Below are positions 1 to 9,036 of a stretch of 64,000 nt of DNA, piece by piece (the stretch's first letter is position 1; each line of letters opens with the position of its first letter). The position numbers were made by a program, and so were the translations under genes. This stretch comes from Escherichia phage vB_EcoM-ZQ1. The stretch lies in sequence record MW650886.1, one strand, 5' to 3'. Under the pieces are notes generated by a model. That model was not told where the DNA came from. It saw only the letters and a list, made by a program, of their open reading frames with translations, and searched no databases.

Positions 1-129
1 AGACTTTGTTCGGGATGCGTTCAACAACCCAGAGAGCGCCCGCAGACGCCTGAATGACTGCTCGTGCCATGAGGATGGCCTCCTACCAAAAACCTGAAAG
101 GAGGGGAGTTGCCTCCCCCTTGCTACCGC

Positions 130-618
130 TTATGCCAGTTTGCTCACCAGAGCTTCAACTGCGTCGGCGCTCAGTTTACCCATTTTGACGTACTGAGCTT
201 TTGCTTCGCCACCAACAGCTTTCACGATGTCGGTGTTGTCGTACCCCTTCTTAGGGAAGACCATCACAGAGAAGGAACCGTTGTTCAGCGGGTTCAGCTG
301 GATGCGACCTTTACCGACTACGATGGTGCCGTAAGTTTCGGTGCTTGCTTCGACAATGTGGATGTCGTGACCCAGGTTTTTCAGCATACCAACTTTGTCG
401 GCAGTCTTAGCAACCACAGCTTTATCAACCACAACCTGCTCTACCAGGGTGAAGCCGTTAGTCACTTTCACTTTACCGTTCAGCAGGTTCATGAAGGAAG
501 TTTTACCACCAGTGAAGCCAGCTGCCTGAGCGATGCGGAACATTTCAACTTTAGCAACTTCGGTGTTCAGTTCGAAAGAGATGGTGCCGTTGGTGATCAG
601 AGTTTTGGTAGTAGCCAT
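130..618 (-). CDS. hypothetical protein (163 aa)
   Basis: ORF with AGGAA-type RBS before ATG at 618; the track's longer N-terminus is the conserved leader read in frame; no recognisable motif. Confidence 0.55.
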   Translation of the reverse strand: MATTKTLITNGTISFELNTEVAKVEMFRIAQAAGFTGGKTSFMNLLNGKVKVTNGFTLVEQVVVDKAVVAKTADKVGMLKNLGHDIHIVEASTETYGTIVVGKGRIQLNPLNNGSFSVMVFPKKGYDNTDIVKAVGGEAKAQYVKMGKLSADAVEALVSKLA

Positions 619-691
619 GATGTAATTCCTCATAATGTAGTTGGTGCGTTTCACTTTTCATTCGGCGGTGTGTTGCCGCCCTATGTGAACT

Positions 692-720
692 ATAATAGTG
701 CATCATTATTGAAGAGTAAA
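692..720 (-). promoter_or_regulatory. T4-type early promoter (-35 TTTACT, -10 TATTAT)
   Basis: minus-strand TTTACT - 17 bp - TATTAT upstream of gene 130..618. Confidence 0.45.
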
Positions 721-767
721 GTCTTTTTCAATAATTTTTAAAAATTATTTTTGAAGTATTTTAAAAG

Positions 768-788
768 GCCTCGTCGAATGAGGCCTGG
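768..788 (-). terminator. stem-loop terminator
   Basis: aggcctc-gtcgaat-gaggcct hairpin followed by U-rich tract on minus strand. Confidence 0.45.
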
Positions 789-814
789 AGGGAAGTAATG
801 TGAAGTAAAAAGTT

Positions 815-1021
815 TTAGTTCGGGCGAAATCTTACAAACTCGCGAGCCAATTCGGCTTGCTCATCACTGATGGGAACCCCATGGAAGTCCGCCTGACCAT
901 TCTTCCAGCCGTGGATGAAACTCGGAGATTCTTCCCCAGATAAGACATACCCCTCACGAGATTTCAAGTACCCCCGCACGATCTCTCCGTCGTCCAGTTT
1001 GTTCAGTTCTTCTAACGTCAT
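815..1021 (-). CDS. hypothetical small protein (68 aa)
   Basis: ORF immediately downstream of primase gene on same strand. Confidence 0.4.
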   Translation of the reverse strand: MTLEELNKLDDGEIVRGYLKSREGYVLSGEESPSFIHGWKNGQADFHGVPISDEQAELAREFVRFRPN

Positions 1022-2076
1022 CGCACTTTCCTCAGTTCAGCGAATTGTAATGATGCGGCCATACCTTGGTAAACGTTCTTGGCGATCAGCTTCAGGAGGT
1101 CTTGTATGGACATGTTGCCCTTTGATGGCATGACCATGTCGTTGATATCCTTCCAAGGAACGTCTGGTGGGAACAGTACAACCTTGACACCTTTATCTAT
1201 CATCTTCTGAATACCGTCACACACCTGCGGGTTCCGGTACTGATTATCAGGGATATAAATGTCACCCTTCACGCTCAGTAGATCAGCGTCGGCCGATGCA
1301 AGACAGTTGGGTAGGAACAGGCTGTCAATCGGACCTTCCACAACCAGCTTGGTCTTGTGAATGTTCACCCGGTCTTCACCATACACCTTAGTGTCTTCAT
1401 CCTTGGGCTTGACTGTTGCGTAGCGTAGTGCCGCATTCTTGTCGAATGCACGCCCCTGAACGATCTTCATGCGACCATCCTGAGTCCAGAACGGAATCAC
1501 CAGCCGCTCGTCATCGGGGATCTTCAGCTGCTTCTCAGGGTTCGTTTCGAACTGGAGTAGATCCTGGCGGAAGTGTTGTGTGTAATACAGGAGGGACAAA
1601 GTGCTCTCCGGCAGTCCACGCCACTGTACGTACTGTCGAGCCTTATGGTCAGGCGGTAGCAGATCAAGCCGTAGCATATTGCCGAGGAGGCTCTCGTCGC
1701 GTTTCGCCGCCACTGAGCCAATACGGGCGGTCTGTGTCAGCTTTGGCAGCGGCTTCAGGGAAGGAAGTGGTCTGCCCGACGTATCACCCAGCAGACGGAA
1801 CTTCTCCATGTTGTACTCTGTTGAGAGGCGTTCGTCGAACTTCTTCAGCCAGAACTCAAATGACCAGCCATTCATGTTATGGCAATTGTGACATTTAAAC
1901 CGGAAGCAGTCATTATCTCGATCGAAGAAAAAATAACCTCGTCGCTTATTAGCACTTTTGAGAGAATCTCCACACAGGGGACAACGGAAGTTTGCGACAG
2001 CACCAACGCGCTCCCACTTGAATTTATCGAGTCTGGGAGCAACGTAATTTATGAATTGTTCATCAAGAAATTTCAT
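1018..2076 (-). CDS. 61: DNA primase, T4 gp61-like
   Basis: N-terminal zinc ribbon (CPLCG ... CHNCH), ~350 aa, size and architecture of T4 gp61. Confidence 0.7.
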   Translation of the reverse strand: MKFLDEQFINYVAPRLDKFKWERVGAVANFRCPLCGDSLKSANKRRGYFFFDRDNDCFRFKCHNCHNMNGWSFEFWLKKFDERLSTEYNMEKFRLLGDTSGRPLPSLKPLPKLTQTARIGSVAAKRDESLLGNMLRLDLLPPDHKARQYVQWRGLPESTLSLLYYTQHFRQDLLQFETNPEKQLKIPDDERLVIPFWTQDGRMKIVQGRAFDKNAALRYATVKPKDEDTKVYGEDRVNIHKTKLVVEGPIDSLFLPNCLASADADLLSVKGDIYIPDNQYRNPQVCDGIQKMIDKGVKVVLFPPDVPWKDINDMVMPSKGNMSIQDLLKLIAKNVYQGMAASLQFAELRKVR

Positions 2077-2320
2077 TAGATCTTCTGCCTCTGGAACACT
2101 TCGGTCACAGTATAGTCTACATCACGACTTTGAGCTATACACAGTGCTCGACAAGCCCTCTATACAAAATATTTGTTTACCAGCCGTGTTGTGTTCGAAG
2201 TGGGCGAAGCTGTCCAAGAGATTCATGTAGCTGCGCATGTGACGGGGTAAAGATTTTGCTCATTGTCCTTTCCTTTCGGTGGATAATGAGCAAAATTATA
2301 TGCCTTTATTTTGTATTGAC

Positions 2321-2674
2321 TTACGACAGCTGCTTCAGTTTGTAGATCGTCTGATAGCACAGCGTCTTGATTTCATCAAGTGTGTTCTGAAGGTGGGAGT
2401 CACACTGCTTGTAGATGCCATCTACGTCTATCACCACACTGTTAATATAGGAGATAGGGTCTGGGTTGTACAATTTGATATTCTCGAATGATGGAACATA
2501 CTGGCCACCCGCACCGATGTATGCTTCGGTAAACGTGTCCAGCAAGTCCTCTAGATCCCCGTAGAACTCCCCGAGTGCCTTGTGCTTGGCATAGGACGTT
2601 GTAACGAAGTGTAAGGCATGAGAGTGGGCTATAGCAAGCAGTCCACGGTTGATGAAAATACTCGCATTGACCAT
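2321..2674 (-). CDS. hypothetical protein, possible ferritin/Dps-like helical protein
   Basis: internal ATG at 2674 with GAGGA RBS; His/Glu-rich helical pattern; TTAAATA late-like motif upstream. Confidence 0.4.
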   Translation of the reverse strand: MVNASIFINRGLLAIAHSHALHFVTTSYAKHKALGEFYGDLEDLLDTFTEAYIGAGGQYVPSFENIKLYNPDPISYINSVVIDVDGIYKQCDSHLQNTLDEIKTLCYQTIYKLKQLS

Positions 2675-2759
2675 GATGTTGTCCTCAGAAAAAGAAATCC
2701 CCCTGTATTTAAGGGGGATTGTAATCACTGCTTGACAAGAACCATCTTGATGGTTTCAC

Positions 2760-3065
2760 TTAGTCTTTGTCGGCAGACTTGCCAAAGAAGAATTCGAAAC
2801 CGTCATGGACAGCAACGACTTCCTGACCTTGGGAGATACCGTGAGTCTGGTCTGGGGTCAGCTTCACCTTGATGGTGTTGCCATCGGTTAACTCCAGGTT
2901 GTAGACATCCGCCTGATTGTCAGGAGTGATCTGGGTCACGGTAGCGCCGGAACACCACTGAGTGCCATCAGCTTGTTTGGTGATGGATACGGTCTTACCC
3001 TGGACACCAGCATGGGTCTGAGGTTTAGCGGCTTGTTCTTTAAAATATTCGATAAACGGTTTCAT
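2760..3065 (-). CDS. hypothetical late protein (101 aa)
   Basis: ORF preceded by canonical T4 late promoter TATAAATA. Confidence 0.5.
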   Translation of the reverse strand: MKPFIEYFKEQAAKPQTHAGVQGKTVSITKQADGTQWCSGATVTQITPDNQADVYNLELTDGNTIKVKLTPDQTHGISQGQEVVAVHDGFEFFFGKSADKD

Positions 3066-3089
3066 CTTAATCTCCTCGGGGATTTAAGT

Positions 3090-3097
3090 TATTTATA
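3090..3097 (-). promoter_or_regulatory. T4-type late promoter TATAAATA
   Basis: exact TATAAATA on minus strand ~25 bp upstream of ATG 3065. Confidence 0.55.
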
Positions 3098-3114
3098 AGC
3101 CCCCGAAGGGGCTT
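3097..3114 (-). terminator. stem-loop terminator
   Basis: aagcccc-gaa-ggggctt hairpin just downstream of gene 3122..6412. Confidence 0.5.
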
Positions 3115-3121
3115 TTGATGA

Positions 3122-6100
3122 TCAGATCTTAATCTGCATGTTGCCACCCAGGGACTGCTCGTACTCGCTGTATGCGCCTTCCCCGTAGTCTCGTGCCCAC
3201 TGGTCAGACTGCTGGGCGCTATCCAGAGTCATCAGGTTTGGTTCAGTCGGGTTGTAACCCTTGGACTTCGCATCCCGGTACAGAGTCTGCAGGTACTGGT
3301 TGGCGCGGTCAATCTGAGCTTTGAACTCGCGATATGCCCCTTCAGTTGTGTTGCGGCGGAAGGTGATATCCCAGTCCACGTTCAGAGTCTGACCATCACG
3401 GCTTGCATAGATCTGCCAATCCAGGTCGCGGCCTTTTGGTGCGTTGTCGCGGATGGAGTCGGCGTATGCCGCAAGGTCGTCCTTCGGATTGTGCGACGTG
3501 CTTTTCAGAAGTAGTGCATGACCCATACCACCGTTTGGCTCAAGAGACCATTTTCCTGTTTCTCTTCCCAGGCGTTCTATGTTGTTGAGTTGGTTTATCG
3601 ACAATTCAGAAGAGTCAAATAATACCACATCACGTTTTTTGGGGGTTCTCACATAAGGGGTGAGATCAATGTCGATCATCCGGTTTATAAATTCTACCAC
3701 TTCAGCTTGTTTCTTTGGCAATGTGGTATTGATATCCGGCTTGTTTGCCACTTTCTCTAGGCGTTTATTTTCTGCGCTTATCATGGACAGCATAATTTGT
3801 GTAACTTTGCCGTCAGACAAGTTGTAATCATTCCAAATCACTTCACCTTTATCCGTGATGGTTATATCGTTCAAGAACACCTGGTTTGGGTTGTATGACT
3901 GACTTTTCAACTGTTGGAGGTTTCTGGAAAGATATACCATTTTTGATGAAATCTCATCAATCACACTCTGGACCATATCTTTGTTTAAAGGAAGTTCATA
4001 TGTCTTCGGATTGTTCAGGGTACGCCCTTTCTGAGAGACAATTGGGGTGAATGCAACTTTACCTTTGTCGTAGTAATAGGTCACGTTGGTTATCATAGAA
4101 GTACCGGCGTATTTTCCCGTTTCGGGGAAATTGACATCCCACCGAATGGACATGCCGTTGACAGTCTCACCAAACACCATGGCGTTGCTTGGTATCTTCA
4201 GGGTTCCAGAGTTGACCAGATCAGCGCCTTGGGCATTCAGGTCGATAGAACCATAGATAGCCCCGGTAATACGATCTTTCAACATCAGGGTCTTGTCGCC
4301 CTTCTCTGGGATGATTTCCAGCGGGTGCTTGCCACGCGGAGGTTCTTTGATGAGTTCCAGTAGAGCAGTTTTCCCTGGTTTCACACGATTCAGGACAGCG
4401 TCGGACACTGTCAGAGTCCAGTTTGCGGTTTCCACATAACCCCAGCCCCGAGAACGGCGAATGGCTTTGATAGGATATGGAGCGCTTGTTGGCACTGCGC
4501 TAATTTCCCATTTGCCAGTGTACTGGGTCTTGGCAACCTCAAAGATGGACGCAATTACTGCATTGGCGACGTCACGGGCGCTACCTTTGGCCACGTTCTC
4601 CTCTTCAGCAATTTCGCTGAAAACTGAGTATTGAACGAAACCAGCGAGGACGTTTGTGAAGTTGACAACGATAACCAACCCGCCTGCTGTCGTGTAACGA
4701 CCAGCGCCCACACGACGGATGTTTTCACCAGGAAGAATAGAAGTGTCCAACCCAACGTTGGTATCAATGATACCCAGAACACGAGCGATGAAACCACTGT
4801 CACGTAATTGATCAACACTGGTTGCACCCTCGGTCGAATCCGATGCGGATTTAGACACTTTGTTCAACTTGATAGAGACAAGGGTTTCCCCGTTGACACC
4901 GATGATATCCCATTCAGTACCCTGCTCGTTCGAGGTGCGGGCAATCTTGCGCTTTGAATTGATGGCACCTTCGTAACGCCCGTTCTTGACCACAACAGAG
5001 GCAGTAGCAGCATCAGTCGCACTTGCTGCATTTGAAAAGTCTGGGTCAGAAATACTGATGTCGACGTCACCGTTTTGAGAACGCATGCGAACACCGTTTT
5101 TGAATCGTTCAACGTTTACTTCTCGAGCACCAAGTCGTTTGGCATCAATAACAGCAGTTCCAGAACCGATAATGTTGGCTGGGTTATTTCTGTCTGAACT
5201 GTTTTGAGAACCTTTCCAAAATTTTGTAGACGCCATGGTGAAATCATTCAGGATATTGATAGGGACTTGCGGTAATTTCAACTGACGAGCAATGAAATCA
5301 GCACTTTGCCCACGCACAGGTTTCTCATTCATGTATGCGCCAACATACACGCCCGGCTCATTGTAGTGGGGAGCGATATTTGCCGTGTTCGTGCGGCCTC
5401 TCTCCTTACCAGCCCATAACAACATGGGCTGATCCCCGTTTGAAGTTAATTTCCATCCGTTGCCATTGCTGGTGTCATTGCTGGTGTCATTGCTGGTGTC
5501 AACGTCCACCACCAGAATTATCTGAGCACCTTTCTTGAAAGTGTACTGATCGTACATACCTTTCTTCTGTTTGGTCATGGACGCACCGACCAAGTCTTGG
5601 TTGGTGAAGCCGCGCTTCATATTCCAAGATACCTCAGTCCCGTCTGGATATTTGTCAAAATCATAACCATAGAATGTGGCTACTTCTTTCGAACCGCTTA
5701 TCAGACGGACGTAATTTCCACGAATCGGGTCTCGCCCGCTCTTCAACTCCAGACCAGTGTCCGAGCTGTTGTACCACTCGCGGTTGACTTCTATTTCAGA
5801 AGAACCAGCCCCAACTCCCACATCCGGAGTATTGTTCTGAACCGGAACGTCACCGACTTTGTCTGGATCATCCCAGGTGATACCCTGCATCTTCGGACCG
5901 TCGAATACCTGAGCCGGATCTTTACCCTTACGAACTAGCCACACATAACCACGGTCAGGAACAGGCGCGTAGGTCAGGTCCATGACGTTCAGTTTCTGCT
6001 TCAGGCCGGACTGGCGGATGATCTTAGGAATCAGGGTCATACCGCGATCCAGCGCTTTCTTAGAGAAGTTGACAGCAAAGCCATCGATGGTCTTACCCAG

Positions 6101-6412
6101 AGGGGTCGCCATGAATTGTTTGGTCGCTTCGATCATGGAAGCGATAACGCGCATTGGGTTCTTGAAGCGAGCGATGGCGTCAGGATAGACGGAGCCGCGC
6201 TTCTGGCCGATGAAAACCTGACGAACGCTCTTGCCCAGCCCCTGAGGAGTATAGAACTGAATGCGGTATTCCTTATCATCTTCGTCGACGAAGGTAAAGA
6301 ACACATCGCCTGCGTTCTTCTTACCCATGGTCAGCTCATACGGAGCGGAGTTGAACGCTTCGTCTAACTGATCTCTTTCCTGCATGAACTGGAGGAAACT
6401 TAGCTTTGACAT
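3122..6412 (-). CDS. large hypothetical protein (1096 aa) with internal (DTSN)x3 repeat
   Basis: long uninterrupted ORF; no polymerase or ATPase motifs seen; CTAATTA late-like motif upstream. Confidence 0.6.
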   Translation of the reverse strand: MSKLSFLQFMQERDQLDEAFNSAPYELTMGKKNAGDVFFTFVDEDDKEYRIQFYTPQGLGKSVRQVFIGQKRGSVYPDAIARFKNPMRVIASMIEATKQFMATPLGKTIDGFAVNFSKKALDRGMTLIPKIIRQSGLKQKLNVMDLTYAPVPDRGYVWLVRKGKDPAQVFDGPKMQGITWDDPDKVGDVPVQNNTPDVGVGAGSSEIEVNREWYNSSDTGLELKSGRDPIRGNYVRLISGSKEVATFYGYDFDKYPDGTEVSWNMKRGFTNQDLVGASMTKQKKGMYDQYTFKKGAQIILVVDVDTSNDTSNDTSNGNGWKLTSNGDQPMLLWAGKERGRTNTANIAPHYNEPGVYVGAYMNEKPVRGQSADFIARQLKLPQVPINILNDFTMASTKFWKGSQNSSDRNNPANIIGSGTAVIDAKRLGAREVNVERFKNGVRMRSQNGDVDISISDPDFSNAASATDAATASVVVKNGRYEGAINSKRKIARTSNEQGTEWDIIGVNGETLVSIKLNKVSKSASDSTEGATSVDQLRDSGFIARVLGIIDTNVGLDTSILPGENIRRVGAGRYTTAGGLVIVVNFTNVLAGFVQYSVFSEIAEEENVAKGSARDVANAVIASIFEVAKTQYTGKWEISAVPTSAPYPIKAIRRSRGWGYVETANWTLTVSDAVLNRVKPGKTALLELIKEPPRGKHPLEIIPEKGDKTLMLKDRITGAIYGSIDLNAQGADLVNSGTLKIPSNAMVFGETVNGMSIRWDVNFPETGKYAGTSMITNVTYYYDKGKVAFTPIVSQKGRTLNNPKTYELPLNKDMVQSVIDEISSKMVYLSRNLQQLKSQSYNPNQVFLNDITITDKGEVIWNDYNLSDGKVTQIMLSMISAENKRLEKVANKPDINTTLPKKQAEVVEFINRMIDIDLTPYVRTPKKRDVVLFDSSELSINQLNNIERLGRETGKWSLEPNGGMGHALLLKSTSHNPKDDLAAYADSIRDNAPKGRDLDWQIYASRDGQTLNVDWDITFRRNTTEGAYREFKAQIDRANQYLQTLYRDAKSKGYNPTEPNLMTLDSAQQSDQWARDYGEGAYSEYEQSLGGNMQIKI
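5463..5498 (-). repeat. in-frame 12-bp tandem repeat x3
   Basis: cattgctggtgt repeated three times, encoding DTSN-DTSN-DTSN. Confidence 0.8.
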
Positions 6413-6487
6413 TTTATATCTCCTGATTGAATTAATGGCGGTTTCTTCTAATTAGCGAAACCAAAAGGGAGCGTCAGCCCCCTTATC

Positions 6488-6823
6488 TTATTTTTGAACT
6501 TGGGCTACAGACATCGCCCAGAGCGGGAGGGTGTGGGGGTCCAGGGCTTCCAGTAGATATTCGACGCGCTCTGACATGATACCTTCAGGGAAGTTTACTT
6601 CTTCTGGTTCGTTGTTGGCCGTCCAACCCAATGTCAGTCCTTCAGCGTGATGGATGATATAAACGAAGTCGTCTGGTTCGTAGTCCTTTTCCATCAGGGC
6701 GAAGAAATCTTCCATTTCTTCGTCGGAGAAGTAGTAGATGCGAGGTACAGAGCCGTCAGCAAAGTGCTCAGCACCCTGGAAGGCAAACATGTCATCGGCG
6801 GTGAAGTTCTTGAGTTGTGTCAT
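6488..6823 (-). CDS. hypothetical early protein (111 aa)
   Basis: ORF with conserved leader ...GGAACTATATC-ATG and upstream early promoter. Confidence 0.55.
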   Translation of the reverse strand: MTQLKNFTADDMFAFQGAEHFADGSVPRIYYFSDEEMEDFFALMEKDYEPDDFVYIIHHAEGLTLGWTANNEPEEVNFPEGIMSERVEYLLEALDPHTLPLWAMSVAQVQK

Positions 6824-6871
6824 GATATAGTTCCTGCTTTTCAAGTTGGTGTCGTACTGCTTATGGAATGA

Positions 6872-6900
6872 AGTATAGGAAAGGATATTGAAGAAGTAAA
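6872..6900 (-). promoter_or_regulatory. T4-type early promoter (-35 TTTACT, -10 TATACT)
   Basis: TTTACT - 16 bp - TATACT on minus strand; same cassette as at 39977 and 50705. Confidence 0.5.
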
Positions 6901-6914
6901 GGGGCGAAAGCCCC
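6901..6914 (-). terminator. stem-loop terminator
   Basis: ggggcgaaagcccc hairpin flanked by T-rich sequence. Confidence 0.45.
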
Positions 6915-6929
6915 TTTTATTGAATTATT

Positions 6930-7568
6930 TTACGGCGTCGGATTCACAACCGGAATGTGGGATCGAATACCTGCGATGATGTCCTTCAGCCGAGGATTCC
7001 ATCCACCCACCAAACGGGGGAGAGCGATAGCGCCAGGCTGGACCAAAATGATGTCGCTGCCTGTGATATTGTGCTGAGGGAACTGAGCAAGGTACTGCTC
7101 CATGGCGACACCCTCATCAATCAGAACAGGACCGACATCAGATGACGCGTAGGTTGCACCCAGACCGTCAACGCCCCATGCCAAGATACCCCAGTCAGGG
7201 ATGTTGGCTTCAGATGTGATGGTGAATCCAAACACGGTGTTCAGCGAAGTAAAGGAATAGACATCGTGGGTGATGTCATACACCAGATACCCCTTGGCCA
7301 GCATATCGGCAAAGATCGCGTCCGTATCGCCAACAGCCGGAGTCGGCACAGTAAACAACAGCTCGCCATCAGGAGGAGCAGGATACGTGCCGAGGGCATA
7401 GAGGCACCATGCATCAATGCACTTCTTAATGAACGCCTCTGGCGCGACATAATCAGCAAGGCGAACCGTACCTGAGTACTCTGATACGATAATGCCTTCC
7501 TTCGCACCCTGTAGAGCAATGAAGACCAAGATATGTTCATATCCGGCCTGAGATGGAGTGATGTTCAT
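6930..7568 (-). CDS. hypothetical protein (212 aa)
   Basis: ORF; internal ATG 7568 overlaps stop of upstream gene. Confidence 0.5.
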   Translation of the reverse strand: MNITPSQAGYEHILVFIALQGAKEGIIVSEYSGTVRLADYVAPEAFIKKCIDAWCLYALGTYPAPPDGELLFTVPTPAVGDTDAIFADMLAKGYLVYDITHDVYSFTSLNTVFGFTITSEANIPDWGILAWGVDGLGATYASSDVGPVLIDEGVAMEQYLAQFPQHNITGSDIILVQPGAIALPRLVGGWNPRLKDIIAGIRSHIPVVNPTP

Positions 7569-8182
7569 TATCTTGTCCTCTTCAGTTTCTCTATTGTGTG
7601 CTTGTTCATGGCGATCACCTGAGGATCTACCTCGGAGATGGTCCGGCCTTCGAAAGACACACATTTCTGAAGATATTTAGCTTTCTTCACGACGTCGGCA
7701 GCATAAGCGTTCGATGCAGGATTACGGGCGAAGCCAGCATTGTAAGAGGAGAGGGATTTGCGGATATTCTGATTGTGATAGGTCAGCCAGAACTGCATCT
7801 CATCGAGGGCGGCTTGCGCGGCATATTCTTGGTCGGTCAGCAACTTTATGGCGACATTGGCATAGCACTTGCGATTCTTACAACCTTCGCGATCACCAAC
7901 TGTCTTCACCTTGTTCTGAAAGGCTCCCATGTTGGCCGCCTTGAGACCGTATCGCATTGACACTACATCTTCACCAGCGCGGCTCTCTCGCCAAGATATG
8001 GCGGCCAGAGTGTAGCCAAGATCTTGTGTCTTGCCTACGTGATAGGCGGTTGCCATCGTATTAAGTTGTTGCTCGGAGAAATTATAAACACATTGACTTG
8101 TATTTTGGGAAGCGTGCACATTCCCGCTGGCAATGGTAAAGGTCACGGACAAGGCCATGGCCTTCAACGTTGTCATCGTCAT
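7568..8182 (-). CDS. secreted protein, possible lytic transglycosylase-like
   Basis: N-terminal signal-peptide-like segment; weak ES...GAFQ motif. Confidence 0.4.
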   Translation of the reverse strand: MTMTTLKAMALSVTFTIASGNVHASQNTSQCVYNFSEQQLNTMATAYHVGKTQDLGYTLAAISWRESRAGEDVVSMRYGLKAANMGAFQNKVKTVGDREGCKNRKCYANVAIKLLTDQEYAAQAALDEMQFWLTYHNQNIRKSLSSYNAGFARNPASNAYAADVVKKAKYLQKCVSFEGRTISEVDPQVIAMNKHTIEKLKRTR

Positions 8183-8278
8183 GATGGCGTTCCTTATGTT
8201 TGTCGACTTGCAGCTCGATTGAGCCTCCTGACAGGGGTTAAAAGATAAAGGGCACGTGATATTTAGTGCCCTTCAGCC

Positions 8279-8563
8279 TCATTCGTAGATGAGGTGGTAG
8301 GATTCCTCGATACACTCCAGCCAGCCATAGACGAACTGTAGAGGGTCATCCCATGCCGTCTTGGTCGCGACGGTAAAGTTGCCGTCCAGGATCTGCATAT
8401 CTTGGTACTTGTTGAAAGCGAGTACAGCATCAACCACAATCAGGCCGCCCTGCTCAAGATAACGATTCGGAGTGACGGCCACTTGGTAACGAGGATTCCT
8501 GTGATTCCATATCTCCACAGCAATGTCACAGGAATCCTGAATTTCATCTTTGGTTTCTGACAT
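8279..8563 (-). CDS. hypothetical protein (94 aa)
   Basis: ORF in same-strand gene run. Confidence 0.45.
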   Translation of the reverse strand: MSETKDEIQDSCDIAVEIWNHRNPRYQVAVTPNRYLEQGGLIVVDAVLAFNKYQDMQILDGNFTVATKTAWDDPLQFVYGWLECIEESYHLIYE

Positions 8564-8873
8564 ACGTTTGTCTCAGGTGTTCAGTAAAGGATTTACCCAG
8601 CTTGCGGAATAGTTTAATACGACCAATGACTTTGACGTAAACATCTCCGTGGCAGGGGCGTGGCTTACACCAGCACCCCAATACCTTCCCGTCAAGCTCA
8701 AGGAGTTCATCCTCGGTGATATCCCCTTCAATCAGGCGCACATACAGGTCTTCTTCAAACAGTTCGATACAGACGCCTCGTCCATGGTCTTTGACCTCAA
8801 ATGGGTTCCCCCATTTACCAGGCCGACCAATGTAGACGTCATATGGCTCCTTCTTGAAGTGGACGACTTTCAT
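8544..8873 (-). CDS. DUF4326-like conserved phage protein
   Basis: HFKKEPYDVYIGRP..WGNPF ... CWCKP.PCHGDV motif pattern. Confidence 0.4.
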   Translation of the reverse strand: MKVVHFKKEPYDVYIGRPGKWGNPFEVKDHGRGVCIELFEEDLYVRLIEGDITEDELLELDGKVLGCWCKPRPCHGDVYVKVIGRIKLFRKLGKSFTEHLRQTYVRNQR

Positions 8874-8874
8874 T

Positions 8875-9033
8875 TCAGGATTTGACCTGCAAGTAGATAA
8901 CAGAACCAGACAGAGAACCCGAGATACCCCAGTGCTTTCAGGTAGTTTTTCCTTTCGACTTCACGAGAAAATGCAATGATGTCAATGATGCATGCAAAGA
9001 CCAGGATTGCGAGTTTAATTTGTTCGTAGTTCA
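8875..9033 (-). CDS. small hydrophobic protein (52 aa), not in ORF track
   Basis: ATG at 9033, hydrophobic core, fills gap between flanking genes. Confidence 0.3.
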
Positions 9034-9036
9034 TGA

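Noticed and set aside
109-741. 210-aa plus-strand ORF overlapping minus-strand gene 130..618
   Set aside because: Low-complexity, Cys/His/Phe-rich translation antisense to a gene that has an RBS and promoter; treated as a shadow ORF.
5335-5538. Plus-strand ORF encoding a CHCWCHCWCHCWC peptide
   Set aside because: It is the antisense reading of the 12-bp x3 tandem repeat inside gene 3122..6412, not an independent metal-binding peptide.
6823-6844. N-terminal MK(x)RNYIM extensions on several ORFs in the track
   Set aside because: They arise from translating the conserved leader TTGAAA.GAAGGAACTATATC in frame from an upstream alternative start; the AGGAA RBS is followed by the real ATG at the IM position.
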